NCBI GenBank assembly: GCA_963708025.1
Contig: CAVPSB010000007.1
Coordinates: forward strand, 42,653 to 106,652
Length of the DNA stretch: 64,000 nt
From: an uncultured Candidatus Rokubacteria bacterium
GTDB lineage: Bacteria; Methylomirabilota; Methylomirabilia; Rokubacteriales; DASRDR01
Direction of reading: 5' to 3'
Below, piece after piece: positions 1-9,501 of the stretch. The translations under genes and the position numbers were made by a program. The notes beneath the pieces are model-generated. The model saw only the letters and a list, made by a program, of their open reading frames with translations. It did not search any database and had not been told where the DNA came from. How positions within the stretch are numbered: the stretch's first letter is position 1; each line of letters begins with the position of its first letter.

Positions 1-741
1 AAGAGCACGCCGCACGCGGCGCTCGAGGAGAACACGACCTGGGACCTGGTCGCCGACATCGAGCGGCTGCGGGCCCACCTCGGCATCGACCGGTGGGACG
101 TCTTCGGCGGCTCGTGGGGGAGCACCCTCGCCCTCGCCTACGCCGAGACCCACCCCGACCGCGTCCGCGCCCTCGTCCTCCGCGGGCATCTTCCTCTGCC
201 GGCCGAAGGAGATCCGACTGGTTCTACCAGGAAGGCGCCAATGCCATCTTCCCGGACCGCTGGGAGGAGTACCTCGCGCCCGATCCCCGAGGCCGAGCGC
301 GGCGACCTCGTGCACGCCTACTACCGGCGACTCGACCGAGCGACGACCAGGCGGTGCGGCTCGCGGCCGCCCAGGCCTGGAGCGTCTGGGAGGGGAGCAC
401 CTGCCGCCTTCTCCCCGACCCGACGCTCGTCGGCCGATTTCGGGGACCCTTACCGGCGCTGGCCCTCGCCCGCATCGAGTGCCACTACTTCGTCAACAAC
501 GGCTTCTTCGACGCCGACGACTGGCTCCTCGACACGTCCAGGCCGATCCGCCACATCCCCGGCGGTGATCGTCCAGGGCCGCTACGACGTCGTCTGCCCC
601 GCGATGAGCGCCTGGGACCTCCACCGGGCCTGGCCCGAGGCGGAGCTCGCCATCGTGCCCGACGCCGGACATCATGCCCTCGAGCCGGGGATCATCGACG
701 CGCTCGTCGCCGCCACCGACCGGTTCCGCGCCGCGCCGTAA
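1..741 (+). CDS. pip: Proline iminopeptidase (5' partial, several apparent frameshifts)
   Basis: Frame 1 reads ENTTWDLVADIE..FGGSWGSTLALAY; later frames give ARIECHYFVN and IVQGRYDVVCP..DAGH; stop TAA at 739-741. Confidence 0.9.
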   Translation, partial: KSTPHAALEENTTWDLVADIERLRAHLGIDRWDVFGGSWGSTLALAYAETHPDRVRALVLRGHLPLPAEGDPTGSTRKAPMPSSRTAGRSTSRPIPEAERGDLVHAYYRRLDRATTRRCGSRPPRPGASGRGAPAAFSPTRRSSADFGDPYRRWPSPASSATTSSTTASSTPTTGSSTRPGRSATSPAVIVQGRYDVVCPAMSAWDLHRAWPEAELAIVPDAGHHALEPGIIDALVAATDRFRAAP

Positions 742-742
742 C

Positions 743-1831
743 ATGGGCCGCGCCCGCCTCCGCGATCTCGGGATCGAGCTCGGCCACTGGCCGACGGGCC
801 CCCTCAATGCGATCACCGACGTCCCGGGGGTCCTGGTCGGCCACGCCAGCGTGATCCGCGACGTCCCGCGGGTCGCCCGGACCGGCGTGACCGTGATCGT
901 CCCCGCCGAGGACGTCGGCCGGCGGTTGCAGGTCTTCGCCGGCTACGAGTCCCTGAACGGCAACGGCGAGATGACGGGTCTCCTGTGGGTCGCCGAGTCG
1001 GGATTCCTGACGACGCCGATCGGGATCACCAACACCCAGGACGTGGGCACCGTCCGGGATGCGATCTCGTCCCAGCTGTTCGAGCGGCATCCCGAGGCCC
1101 GCTTCTTCCTGCCGGTCGCGGCCGAGACCTACGACGGCTGGCTCAGCGACATCAGGGGCGCCCACGTGACGAAGGCCGAGGTCGCCGAGGCGCTGGGGGC
1201 CGCCCGGGACGGCCCGGTGGCCGAAGGCAACGTCGGCGGCGGCACCGGCATGATCTGCCACGAGTTCAAGGGCGGGATCGGCACGGCCTCCCGGGCCGTG
1301 ACCACGCGGAGCGGGCAGTACACCGTGGGCGCCCTCGTCCAGGCGAACTACGGGCACCGCCGGCTCCTCCGGGTCGACGGCGTGCCGGTCGGCCGGGAGA
1401 TCGGTCACGACCGGGTCCCGAGCGCCTGGGGGCACCCGCGTCACGACGGCTCCATCATCGCGGTGATCGCGACCGACGCCCCGCTGATCGCCGGGCAGTG
1501 CGTCCGGCTCGCCAAGCGGGCGACGGTGGGCCTGGCCCGCGCGGGCGGGGTCGCCCACAACGGGAGCGGCGACATCTTCCTCGCCTTCGCCACCGGCAAC
1601 GCGGTGCCGGCCGCCCCGCCCGCCCCGGTCGAGGTCAGGATGCTGCCGAACGAGCACATGGATCCGCTCATCGAGGGCGCGGCCGAGGCCGTCGAGGAGT
1701 CGATCCTCAACGCGCTCACCGCCGCCGAGACGATGACCGGCTTCCAGGGCCATCAGGCCCACGCCATCCCGCTGGACGACCTGGGGCTGGTGATGCAGCG
1801 GTACGGGAGAAGGGCCGGAGCTTCCTCGTGA
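743..1831 (+). CDS. P1/S58 family peptidase (DmpA-like aminopeptidase)
   Basis: NAITDVPGVLVGH, NGNGEMTG, EGNVGGGTGM, KGGIGTASR and DGSIIAVIATDAPL motifs; ATG at 743. Confidence 0.9.
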   Translation: MGRARLRDLGIELGHWPTGPLNAITDVPGVLVGHASVIRDVPRVARTGVTVIVPAEDVGRRLQVFAGYESLNGNGEMTGLLWVAESGFLTTPIGITNTQDVGTVRDAISSQLFERHPEARFFLPVAAETYDGWLSDIRGAHVTKAEVAEALGAARDGPVAEGNVGGGTGMICHEFKGGIGTASRAVTTRSGQYTVGALVQANYGHRRLLRVDGVPVGREIGHDRVPSAWGHPRHDGSIIAVIATDAPLIAGQCVRLAKRATVGLARAGGVAHNGSGDIFLAFATGNAVPAAPPAPVEVRMLPNEHMDPLIEGAAEAVEESILNALTAAETMTGFQGHQAHAIPLDDLGLVMQRYGRRAGASS

Positions 1832-1870
1832 GAGGTCTTCGTTCCGTTCGGGGGCCGGGGGTCACGCCGG

Positions 1871-1899
1871 TTGAACTCCCGTGAGCCGGGGCGTATAGT
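1871..1899 (+). promoter_or_regulatory. Sigma70-like promoter of the thi operon
   Basis: TTGAAC-N17-TATAGT just upstream of the riboswitch. Confidence 0.65.
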
Positions 1900-1910
1900 G
1901 ACTAGCGAGA

Positions 1911-1999
1911 GCCGCGGGGGGAGAGCCACTGAGAACCGGGTGCTCGAGCCCGGGACCCCTCGAACCTGCTCCGGGTAATTCCGGCGAAGGGAACGCGGC
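1911..1999 (+). ncRNA. TPP riboswitch aptamer
   Basis: P1 GCCGCG/CGCGGC, CTGAGA, ACCC.TCGAACCTG, CCGGGTAAT.CCGGCGAAGGGA; lies directly upstream of thiS. Confidence 0.93.
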
Positions 2000-2027
2000 G
2001 CGGCAGCCCGACGACGCAGCGACGGCA

Positions 2028-2056
2028 GACCGCACCGTGTCCCGGTGCGGTTTTTT
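2028..2056 (+). terminator. Intrinsic terminator (riboswitch expression platform)
   Basis: ACCGCACCG-loop-CGGTGCGGT followed by a T run, just before the thiS ATG. Confidence 0.8.
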
Positions 2057-2061
2057 CGTTC

Positions 2062-2266
2062 ATGCGAATCGTCGTCAACGGGCAGCCGATGGAAGTCAGC
2101 GACGGGGCGAGCCTGGAGCAGCTCCTGGGGGAGCTGAAGGTGCGCCGCGCAGTTCACCGCCGTGGCGCTCAACCGGGAGGTGGCGCCCAGGTCGGGTTAC
2201 GCGACGACCATCCTGCGCGAAGGCGACCGGGTGGAGATCGTCCATCCGATGGCCGGCGGACGCTGA
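2062..2266 (+). CDS. thiS: Sulfur carrier protein ThiS (one apparent frameshift)
   Basis: MRIVVNGQPMEV... then in another frame AVALNREVAPRSGY..LREGDRVEIVHPMAGGR*. Confidence 0.9.
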
Positions 2267-2282
2267 AAAGGAGGAGGCGACG

Positions 2283-3104
<822 letters not shown>

Positions 3105-3131
3105 CGGCGGGCCGCGATCGGAACGTCAAGA

Positions 3132-3771
3132 ATGAGAGGCCTGACCCTGTTCCGCCTCTGCCTGGTGACCGACCGCCGGGCCACGGCGGGCCGACCGCTG
3201 CTCGGCGGTCGTCGAGGCGTGCCTGGGCGCCGGCCTCCGCGCCGTCCAGCTCCGCGAGAAGGATCTGCCGGCCCGCGATCTCCTCCACCTGGCGACCGAC
3301 CTGCGGGCCCTGACCGCCCGTCACCGGGCGCGCCTCGTCGTCAACGACCGCGTCGACGTCGCCCTCGCGGTCGGCGCCGACGGCGTGCACCTTCCCGGCG
3401 CCGGCCTGCCGCCGGCCGCCGCGCGCGCTCTCGTGGGACCGGAGCGTCTCGTCGGCGTCTCGACCCACTCGGCGGCAGAGGCCGAGGCCGCCGCGACGGA
3501 GGGTGCCGACGTCGTGTTCTTCGGTCCGATCTACGACACCCCGTCCAAGCGATCGTTCGGCGAGCCCCGGGGGCTGGCGGAGCTGACCGTGGCCTGCCGG
3601 AAGACCCGGCTGCCGGTGATCGCGATCGGGGGCGTGACCGCCGTCCGGGTGCCGGAAGTGCGGGAGGCCGGGGCCGCCGGGGTGGCCGTCATCCGCGCGT
3701 TGCTCGAGGCCGAGGACCCGGCCGCCGCCACCAAGGCGCTGCTCGCCGCCTGCGAGCGGGCCTGGCCATGA
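3132..3771 (+). CDS. thiE: Thiamine-phosphate synthase / TenI family (one apparent frameshift)
   Basis: LCLVTDR, VQLREKD, VNDRVDVALA, GVSTHS, FGPIYDTPSK and PVIAIGGV motifs; ThiE versus TenI cannot be settled by eye. Confidence 0.8.
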
Positions 3772-4947
3772 GCGTGTCGCGTCGTCCCGACGTCGTCGTG
3801 ATAGGCGCGGGCGCCATCGGCGCCGCCTGCGCCTACGAGCTGGCCGTCGCCGGCTCGCGGGTCACCGTGATCGAGCGGACCGAGCCGGGTGCCGAGGCCT
3901 CCGGTGCCTCGGCCGGGATGCTGTCGGCCTTCACCGGGGAGCGGGCCGGCCCCGCCGGCGAGCTGTACCGCATGAGCCGGGACCTCTACGAGCCGCTCGC
4001 CAGGGCTCTCCTCGACGAGTCGGGGGTGGACATCCACCACGAGCGGGGAGGGCCACCTCGAGCTGTGCATGGGCGAGGACGACGTCCGCCGGGCGCGGAA
4101 GCTGGCGGCCGACCAGGGGCGCGACCCGGAGCGGATCGAGTTCCTCACCGCCGAAGAGGTCCGGGATCTCGAGCCCGAGGTGACCCTGGAGGCCAGAGGT
4201 GGGCTGTTCCTGCCCCGGAACGAGTGGGTGAACGCTGGCCAGCTGGTTACCGCGCTCGTCCGGACGGCGACGATCCGTGGGGTCCGATTCCTCCTGGGCC
4301 AGCCGGTGGAGGAGCTCCTCCGATCGGGCGGGCGGGTCACCGGGGTGCGCGCCCGGGGCATCGGCACGGTCGAGGCAGGGGCGGTCGTGCTGGCGGCGGG
4401 GGCGTGGGCGAGCGAGATCGCGGGAGTGCCGCCCGAGCTGCGGCTGCGGCCGGTGAAGGGGCAGATGCTGGCCCTCGCCAACGATCCGCCCCTCATCTCG
4501 CGCGCGGTGGTCCGAGAGGAGATCTACCTGGTGCCCCGCTCCACCGGCGAGTGCCTGGTGGGTGCGACCGTGGAGGACGGCGTGGTCGACAAGACCGTCA
4601 CCCCGTCCGCGCTGCACTGGCTGATCACCGAGGCGCTCACGACCGTCCCCGCCTTCGGGCGCGCGCCGTTCCTTCGCGCGTGGGCCGGCCTTCGTCCCGC
4701 GAGCTCGGACGGGCTGCCGGTGGTGGGACCGTGGCCCGACCTTCCCGGCCTCCACGTCGCTACCGGTCACTTTCGGAGCGGCATCCTGCTGACCCCGGTC
4801 ACGGCCCAGATCATTCGCGACTGGATCACGAAGGGCCGCTGCGAGCTGCCGGCCGACCGATTCCTGCCGGACCGGCTGGTGAAGAAGCCTCGGGTTCCGG
4901 CGCCACCCTCCGCCCAGCCGAGCGGTGGGCAGGACGTCCCGAGCTGA
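3768..4947 (+). CDS. thiO: Glycine oxidase (frameshift near 4050)
   Basis: DVVVIGAGAIG FAD motif, ASGASAGML, PVKGQM, WAGLRP, ATGHFRSGILLTP; thi operon context. Confidence 0.88.
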
Positions 4948-5773
4948 CGCCGTGTACGGCACGCCTCCCGCCCCCTATCCCCAGCGAATCGTCTGCCTGA
5001 CCGCCGAGACCACGGAAGTCGCCTTCGCCCTGGGGGCCGGCGCCCGGGTCGTCGGCGTCTCCGGGGCCGCGACCCGACCTCCCGAGGCCCGCGAGAAGCC
5101 GAAGGTCGGCGGATTCACGACGTTCCGGCTCGACAAGATCCTGGCCCTCCAGCCGGACCTCGCCCTCGCCTTCTCCGACCTCCAGGCGGACGTGGTCCGC
5201 GACCTGGTCCGGGCCGGCGTCCCGGTGCTGGCGCTGAACCAGCGCAGCCTGGCGGACGTCTTCCGCGCCATCCTCCTCATCGGCGGCGTCCTCGGCTGCG
5301 ACGCCGGGGCCCGGGCGCTGATCGCGGACATGCAGGACGAGATCCGGCAGATCCGCGAGTTCTCGAGCATCTGGCCCGACCGCCCCCGCGTCTACTTCGA
5401 GGAGTGGGACGAACCGCCGATCGCCGGGATCCGATGGGTGTCCGAGCTGGTGGAGATCGCCGGCGGCCAGGATGTCTTCCCGGAGCTCCGCGACCGCGCC
5501 GACGCCCGGGGGCGGGTCGTGGACCTGGCCGAGGTGGCCCGGAGAGCGCCGCAGATCGTGGTGGCTTCCTGGTGCGGCAAGCCCGTGGATGTCGATGCCA
5601 TCCGGCGGCGCCCCGGCTGGGAGACGATCGACGCGGTCCGGGACGGCCGGGTGTACTCCATCGCCTCCGCCGACGTCCTGGCCCCCGGCCCGTCGCTCCT
5701 GCGAGGGCTCCGGACCCTCCACGACATCGTCCAGGCGTACGTCACCGGGGCCCCGTTCAACCCTTCGGACTGA
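4925..5773 (+). CDS. Cobalamin/Fe-siderophore-type periplasmic binding protein (BtuF-like)
   Basis: PQRIVCLTAETTE, PKVGGF, PRVYFEEWDEP, WVSELVEIAGG; start uncertain. Confidence 0.8.
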   Translation: MGRTSRADAVYGTPPAPYPQRIVCLTAETTEVAFALGAGARVVGVSGAATRPPEAREKPKVGGFTTFRLDKILALQPDLALAFSDLQADVVRDLVRAGVPVLALNQRSLADVFRAILLIGGVLGCDAGARALIADMQDEIRQIREFSSIWPDRPRVYFEEWDEPPIAGIRWVSELVEIAGGQDVFPELRDRADARGRVVDLAEVARRAPQIVVASWCGKPVDVDAIRRRPGWETIDAVRDGRVYSIASADVLAPGPSLLRGLRTLHDIVQAYVTGAPFNPSD

Positions 5774-5925
5774 GCTGAAGTCAAGGCTGAGTCGAACTCA
5801 TGGAAGCTACTGACATATAATATCTTGTCTCGCTTCTGACACGCTCCGGATCGGCCGGGATCCCTGTGGTACGATGGAGGCAGTCGGTACGAGCAGCCAC
5901 CCCCGGCTCCAGGAGACCCTCCCGG

Positions 5926-7386
5926 ATGGAATCAGCGGCCCCGGTCCGGACAGCTCAGGCCCCCGAGCGCTTCTTCGCCGACCGCTATGGCCTCACCCCC
6001 AGCCGACTCGAGCGGCTCCTCGGCTCGGCCGGTGGGGGACCCGTGGACTACGCAGACATCTACCTCGAGCACCAGGTGAACGAGGAGATCGCGCTCGAGG
6101 ACGGGGTGGTCAAGACGGCGTCGCGGACGATCAGCCAGGGCGCGGGCGTCCGGGCGCAGGCCGGGGTCCGGACCGGCTACGCCTACACGGACGACCTGGC
6201 CATCGAGCACCTGGAGCTGGCGGCCCGCCAGGCCCAGGCCATCGCCGAGCGGAGCGGCCGCTCGGGGGTGGTGCCGGTCAGGGGGGAGCGCGGGCCCCAC
6301 GACCTCTACCGGCTGGCGGAGCCGCCCATCGACGCCGACCTGAGGCGCAAGGTGGACCTCCTCCGGCGGGTCGACGCGCTGGGCCGGGGTCACGATCCGC
6401 GGGTGCGCCAGGTGATCGCGACCCTCTGGAGCGAGGAGCAGCAGGTGCTCCTCGCCACCTCGGGTGGCTGGCAGGTCGGCGACGTCCGGCCGCTCACCCG
6501 GCTGAACGTCACCGTGGTCGTGGAGGAGAACGGCCGCCGCGAGATCGGCGGGTTCGGCGGCGGGGGTCGTGTCGGCTTCGACTTCTTCCTCGAGTCGGAG
6601 CGCTGGGCCGGCTACACGCGCGAAGCCGCCCGGCAGGCCGTGGTGAAGCTCTCGGCCGTCAACGCCCCGGCCGGCACCATGACCGTCGTGCTGGCGCCAG
6701 GCTGGCCGGGCATCCTCCTCCACGAGGCGGTGGGGCACGGCCTGGAAGGCGACTTCAACCGCAAGGGCGTCTCGGCCTTCACCGGCCGGCTCGGCCAGAA
6801 GGTCGCCTCGGAGCTGGTCACGGTGGTGGACGACGGAACGCTCGCCAACCGCCGCGGCTCGCTCAACGTGGATGACGAGGGCACGCCCACCGGGCGCACG
6901 GTGCTGATCGAGAACGGGATCCTGCGCGGCTACATGCAGGACCGGCTGAACGCCCGGCTCCTCGGCATGCCGCTCACCGGGAACGGGCGGCGCGAGTCGT
7001 TCCAGCACCCGCCGATGCCGCGCATGACCAACACGTTCATGCTGGCCGGCCAGGACGACCCCGAGGAGATCATCCGGTCCGTGCCCCGGGGCCTCTACGC
7101 GGTTTCGTTCGGCGGCGGCCAGGTCGACATCACCAACGGGAAGTTCGTCTTCTCGGCGAGCGAGGCCTACCTGATCGAGGACGGCCGCATCACGGCGCCG
7201 GTCAAGGGGGCGACGCTGGTCGGCTCGGGGCCGGAGGTCCTGACCCGGGTGAGCCGGGTGGGCCACGACCTCCGGCTCGACGAGGGGATCGGGACCTGCG
7301 GCAAGGACGGCCAGTCGGTTCCGGTCGGGGTCGGGTTGCCGACGATCAGGGTGGACGGCATCACCGTGGGCGGGACGGAGGTCTAG
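5926..7386 (+). CDS. tldD: Metalloprotease TldD
   Basis: PGWPGILLHEAVGHGLEGDFNRKG, PMPRMTNT, GTCGKDGQSVPVGVG. Confidence 0.95.
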   Translation: MESAAPVRTAQAPERFFADRYGLTPSRLERLLGSAGGGPVDYADIYLEHQVNEEIALEDGVVKTASRTISQGAGVRAQAGVRTGYAYTDDLAIEHLELAARQAQAIAERSGRSGVVPVRGERGPHDLYRLAEPPIDADLRRKVDLLRRVDALGRGHDPRVRQVIATLWSEEQQVLLATSGGWQVGDVRPLTRLNVTVVVEENGRREIGGFGGGGRVGFDFFLESERWAGYTREAARQAVVKLSAVNAPAGTMTVVLAPGWPGILLHEAVGHGLEGDFNRKGVSAFTGRLGQKVASELVTVVDDGTLANRRGSLNVDDEGTPTGRTVLIENGILRGYMQDRLNARLLGMPLTGNGRRESFQHPPMPRMTNTFMLAGQDDPEEIIRSVPRGLYAVSFGGGQVDITNGKFVFSASEAYLIEDGRITAPVKGATLVGSGPEVLTRVSRVGHDLRLDEGIGTCGKDGQSVPVGVGLPTIRVDGITVGGTEV

Positions 7387-7391
7387 CGGTC

Positions 7392-8729
7392 GTGGTTGAT
7401 CGGCTGGAGGAGCTGCTCCGGCGGGCGCGCGCCCAGGGCGCGGTGGAGGCGGACGCCTTCCTGGTCGAGGACGAGATCCAGACCGTCCAGGTCCGGATGG
7501 GCCAGCTCGAATCCCTGAAGCACGCGCGCGAGAACCGCTGCTCCCTCCGGATCTTCACCGCCACCGGCTCGGCGTCGGCGACGACCTCCGACCTGTCCAC
7601 GGCGGCACTGGGCCGCCTGATCGACGAGACGGTCGCCCTGGCCCGCGTGACGCAGCGCGACCAGCACTCCGGGCTGCCCGCGCCGGAGACGCTGGCCCGG
7701 GAGGTGCCGGAGCTGGACCTCTGGGACCGCGAGGGCCACGGTCTCCCGGTCGAGGCCAAGATCGAGCGCGCTCGGCGGGCCGAGGCGGCCGCGCTGGAGG
7801 CCGACCCGCGCGTCGAGAACTCCGAAGGCGCGGAGTTCTACGACCGGGTGAGCCAGGTCGCGTACGCCGGGACCGGGGGCTTCGCCGGACAGTTCCGGCT
7901 CTCGTCGTTCGCGCTCTCCGTCACGCCGGTGGCCGTGGAGAACGGCCACATGGAGCGGGACTACTGGTACAGCTCGGCCCGGAAGCTGGCGGCCGTCGAG
8001 AGCCCGGAGGCCGTCGGGCGGGAGGCGGCCCGCCGGGCCTGCCAGCGACTCGGCGCCCGGAAGCAGGCGACGGCCGAGGTGCCGGTCGTCTTCGACTCCG
8101 AGACGGCGGCCAGCCTGGTCCGCGCCCTCGCCGTCGCGGCCTCGGGCCCGAGCCTCTACCGCGGCACCTCGTTCCTGATCGGCCGGATGGGGGAGCGCCT
8201 CGCCCCGCCCGGCGTCAGCATCATCGACGACCCCCTCGTGCCGGGCGGCCTCGGCTCCCGGCCCTTCGACGGCGAGGGCCTGCCGAGCCGGCGAAGCTTC
8301 CTGCTGGACGGGGGTGTCCTGTCGGGCTATCTCCTGGACACCTACAGCGCCCGGCGCCTCGGACTCGAGGCCACCGGCCACGCCGCCCGCGAGAGCGGGG
8401 GCGGTGTGACCGTCGGCTACACCAACCTCTACCTGGCGCCCGGCCCCCACGCCCCGGATGCGATCGTCCGCTCGGTCGAGCGCGGCCTCTACGTGACGGA
8501 GCTGATCGGGTTCGGGGTCAACTTCGTGACCGGCGACTACTCCCGGGGCGCGGTGGGACACTGGATCGAGCGGGGGGAGCTGGCCTATCCCGTCGAGGAG
8601 ATCACGATCGCCGGCAACCTCCGCGACATGTACCGGGACATCGAGATGGTCGGGACCGACCTCGCCTTCCGGGACCAGACCGCGGCGCCCACGCTCAAGA
8701 TCTCCCGCATGACCGTTGCCGGGCAGTAA
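7392..8729 (+). CDS. pmbA: TldE/PmbA family protein
   Basis: SRPFDGEG, GVNFVTGDYSRGA, PVEEITIAGNL; follows tldD. Confidence 0.93.
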   Translation: MVDRLEELLRRARAQGAVEADAFLVEDEIQTVQVRMGQLESLKHARENRCSLRIFTATGSASATTSDLSTAALGRLIDETVALARVTQRDQHSGLPAPETLAREVPELDLWDREGHGLPVEAKIERARRAEAAALEADPRVENSEGAEFYDRVSQVAYAGTGGFAGQFRLSSFALSVTPVAVENGHMERDYWYSSARKLAAVESPEAVGREAARRACQRLGARKQATAEVPVVFDSETAASLVRALAVAASGPSLYRGTSFLIGRMGERLAPPGVSIIDDPLVPGGLGSRPFDGEGLPSRRSFLLDGGVLSGYLLDTYSARRLGLEATGHAARESGGGVTVGYTNLYLAPGPHAPDAIVRSVERGLYVTELIGFGVNFVTGDYSRGAVGHWIERGELAYPVEEITIAGNLRDMYRDIEMVGTDLAFRDQTAAPTLKISRMTVAGQ

Positions 8730-9501
8730 CGCCGACCTGACCGACACTCACTGCCACCTGGCCGACCCGGCCTTCGCCGACCCCCGAGCCGCTCTCGAGC
8801 GCGCCGGGCGGGTCGGGGTCACGCGAGTCGTCGCCGTCGGCAGCGATCCCGCGAGCAACGCGGCGGTGCTGGAGCTGGCCGGGCGGCACCCCGAAGTCCT
8901 GCCTGCCCTCGGCTGTCATCCCGAGCGGCTCGACCTCACCGACGCCGACCTCGACGCCGTCGAGGCGCAGGTCCTCGCTCACCGGACGCGGCTCGTCGCC
9001 CTCGGCGAGATCGGCCTGCCCTGGTACAGCCTGGAGGGCCGCGCCGACGCCGGCGTCCTGGCGGCCCGGGGGCGCGAGCGACTCGGACGCCTCCTCGCGC
9101 TCGCGAAGCAGCTCGACCTGCCGGTCTCCCTCCACGCGCCCCACGGCGCCGCCGCCGACGCGCTCGAGCTGTTGACCCGGACGGGCGCCGGGCCGGCGGC
9201 GTTCCACTGGCACAAGGCCGAGCCGGCGGTGACGGAGCGGGTCGTGGCGGGCGGCCACTTCGTGGGGATCACGCCCGAGGTCGTCTACCGCGAGCGGGAC
9301 AGGGTGCTCGTGCGCCAGGTCCCGTTGATCCAGCTGCTCCTCGAGTCCGACGGGCCGTGGCCGTATCGCGGCGAGCCGGGGGAGCCCGCGATGCTCGCCC
9401 GCTCGGCGGCGGCGATCGCAGAGATCCTCGGGATGCCGCCGGACGAGGTCGTCTCCGCCCTGGCCGAGAACGCCCGCCGCTGCTTCCGCCTACCCGCGTG
9501 A
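8716..9501 (+). CDS. TatD family hydrolase
   Basis: DTHCHL, GCHP, LGEIGL, LLESDGPW; start approximate. Confidence 0.88.
   Translation: MPGSNADLTDTHCHLADPAFADPRAALERAGRVGVTRVVAVGSDPASNAAVLELAGRHPEVLPALGCHPERLDLTDADLDAVEAQVLAHRTRLVALGEIGLPWYSLEGRADAGVLAARGRERLGRLLALAKQLDLPVSLHAPHGAAADALELLTRTGAGPAAFHWHKAEPAVTERVVAGGHFVGITPEVVYRERDRVLVRQVPLIQLLLESDGPWPYRGEPGEPAMLARSAAAIAEILGMPPDEVVSALAENARRCFRLPA

Noticed and set aside
5775-5840. AT-rich patch upstream of tldD read as an RNA gene or insertion
   Set aside because: It contains TATAAT and is best explained as a promoter region; no recognisable structure.
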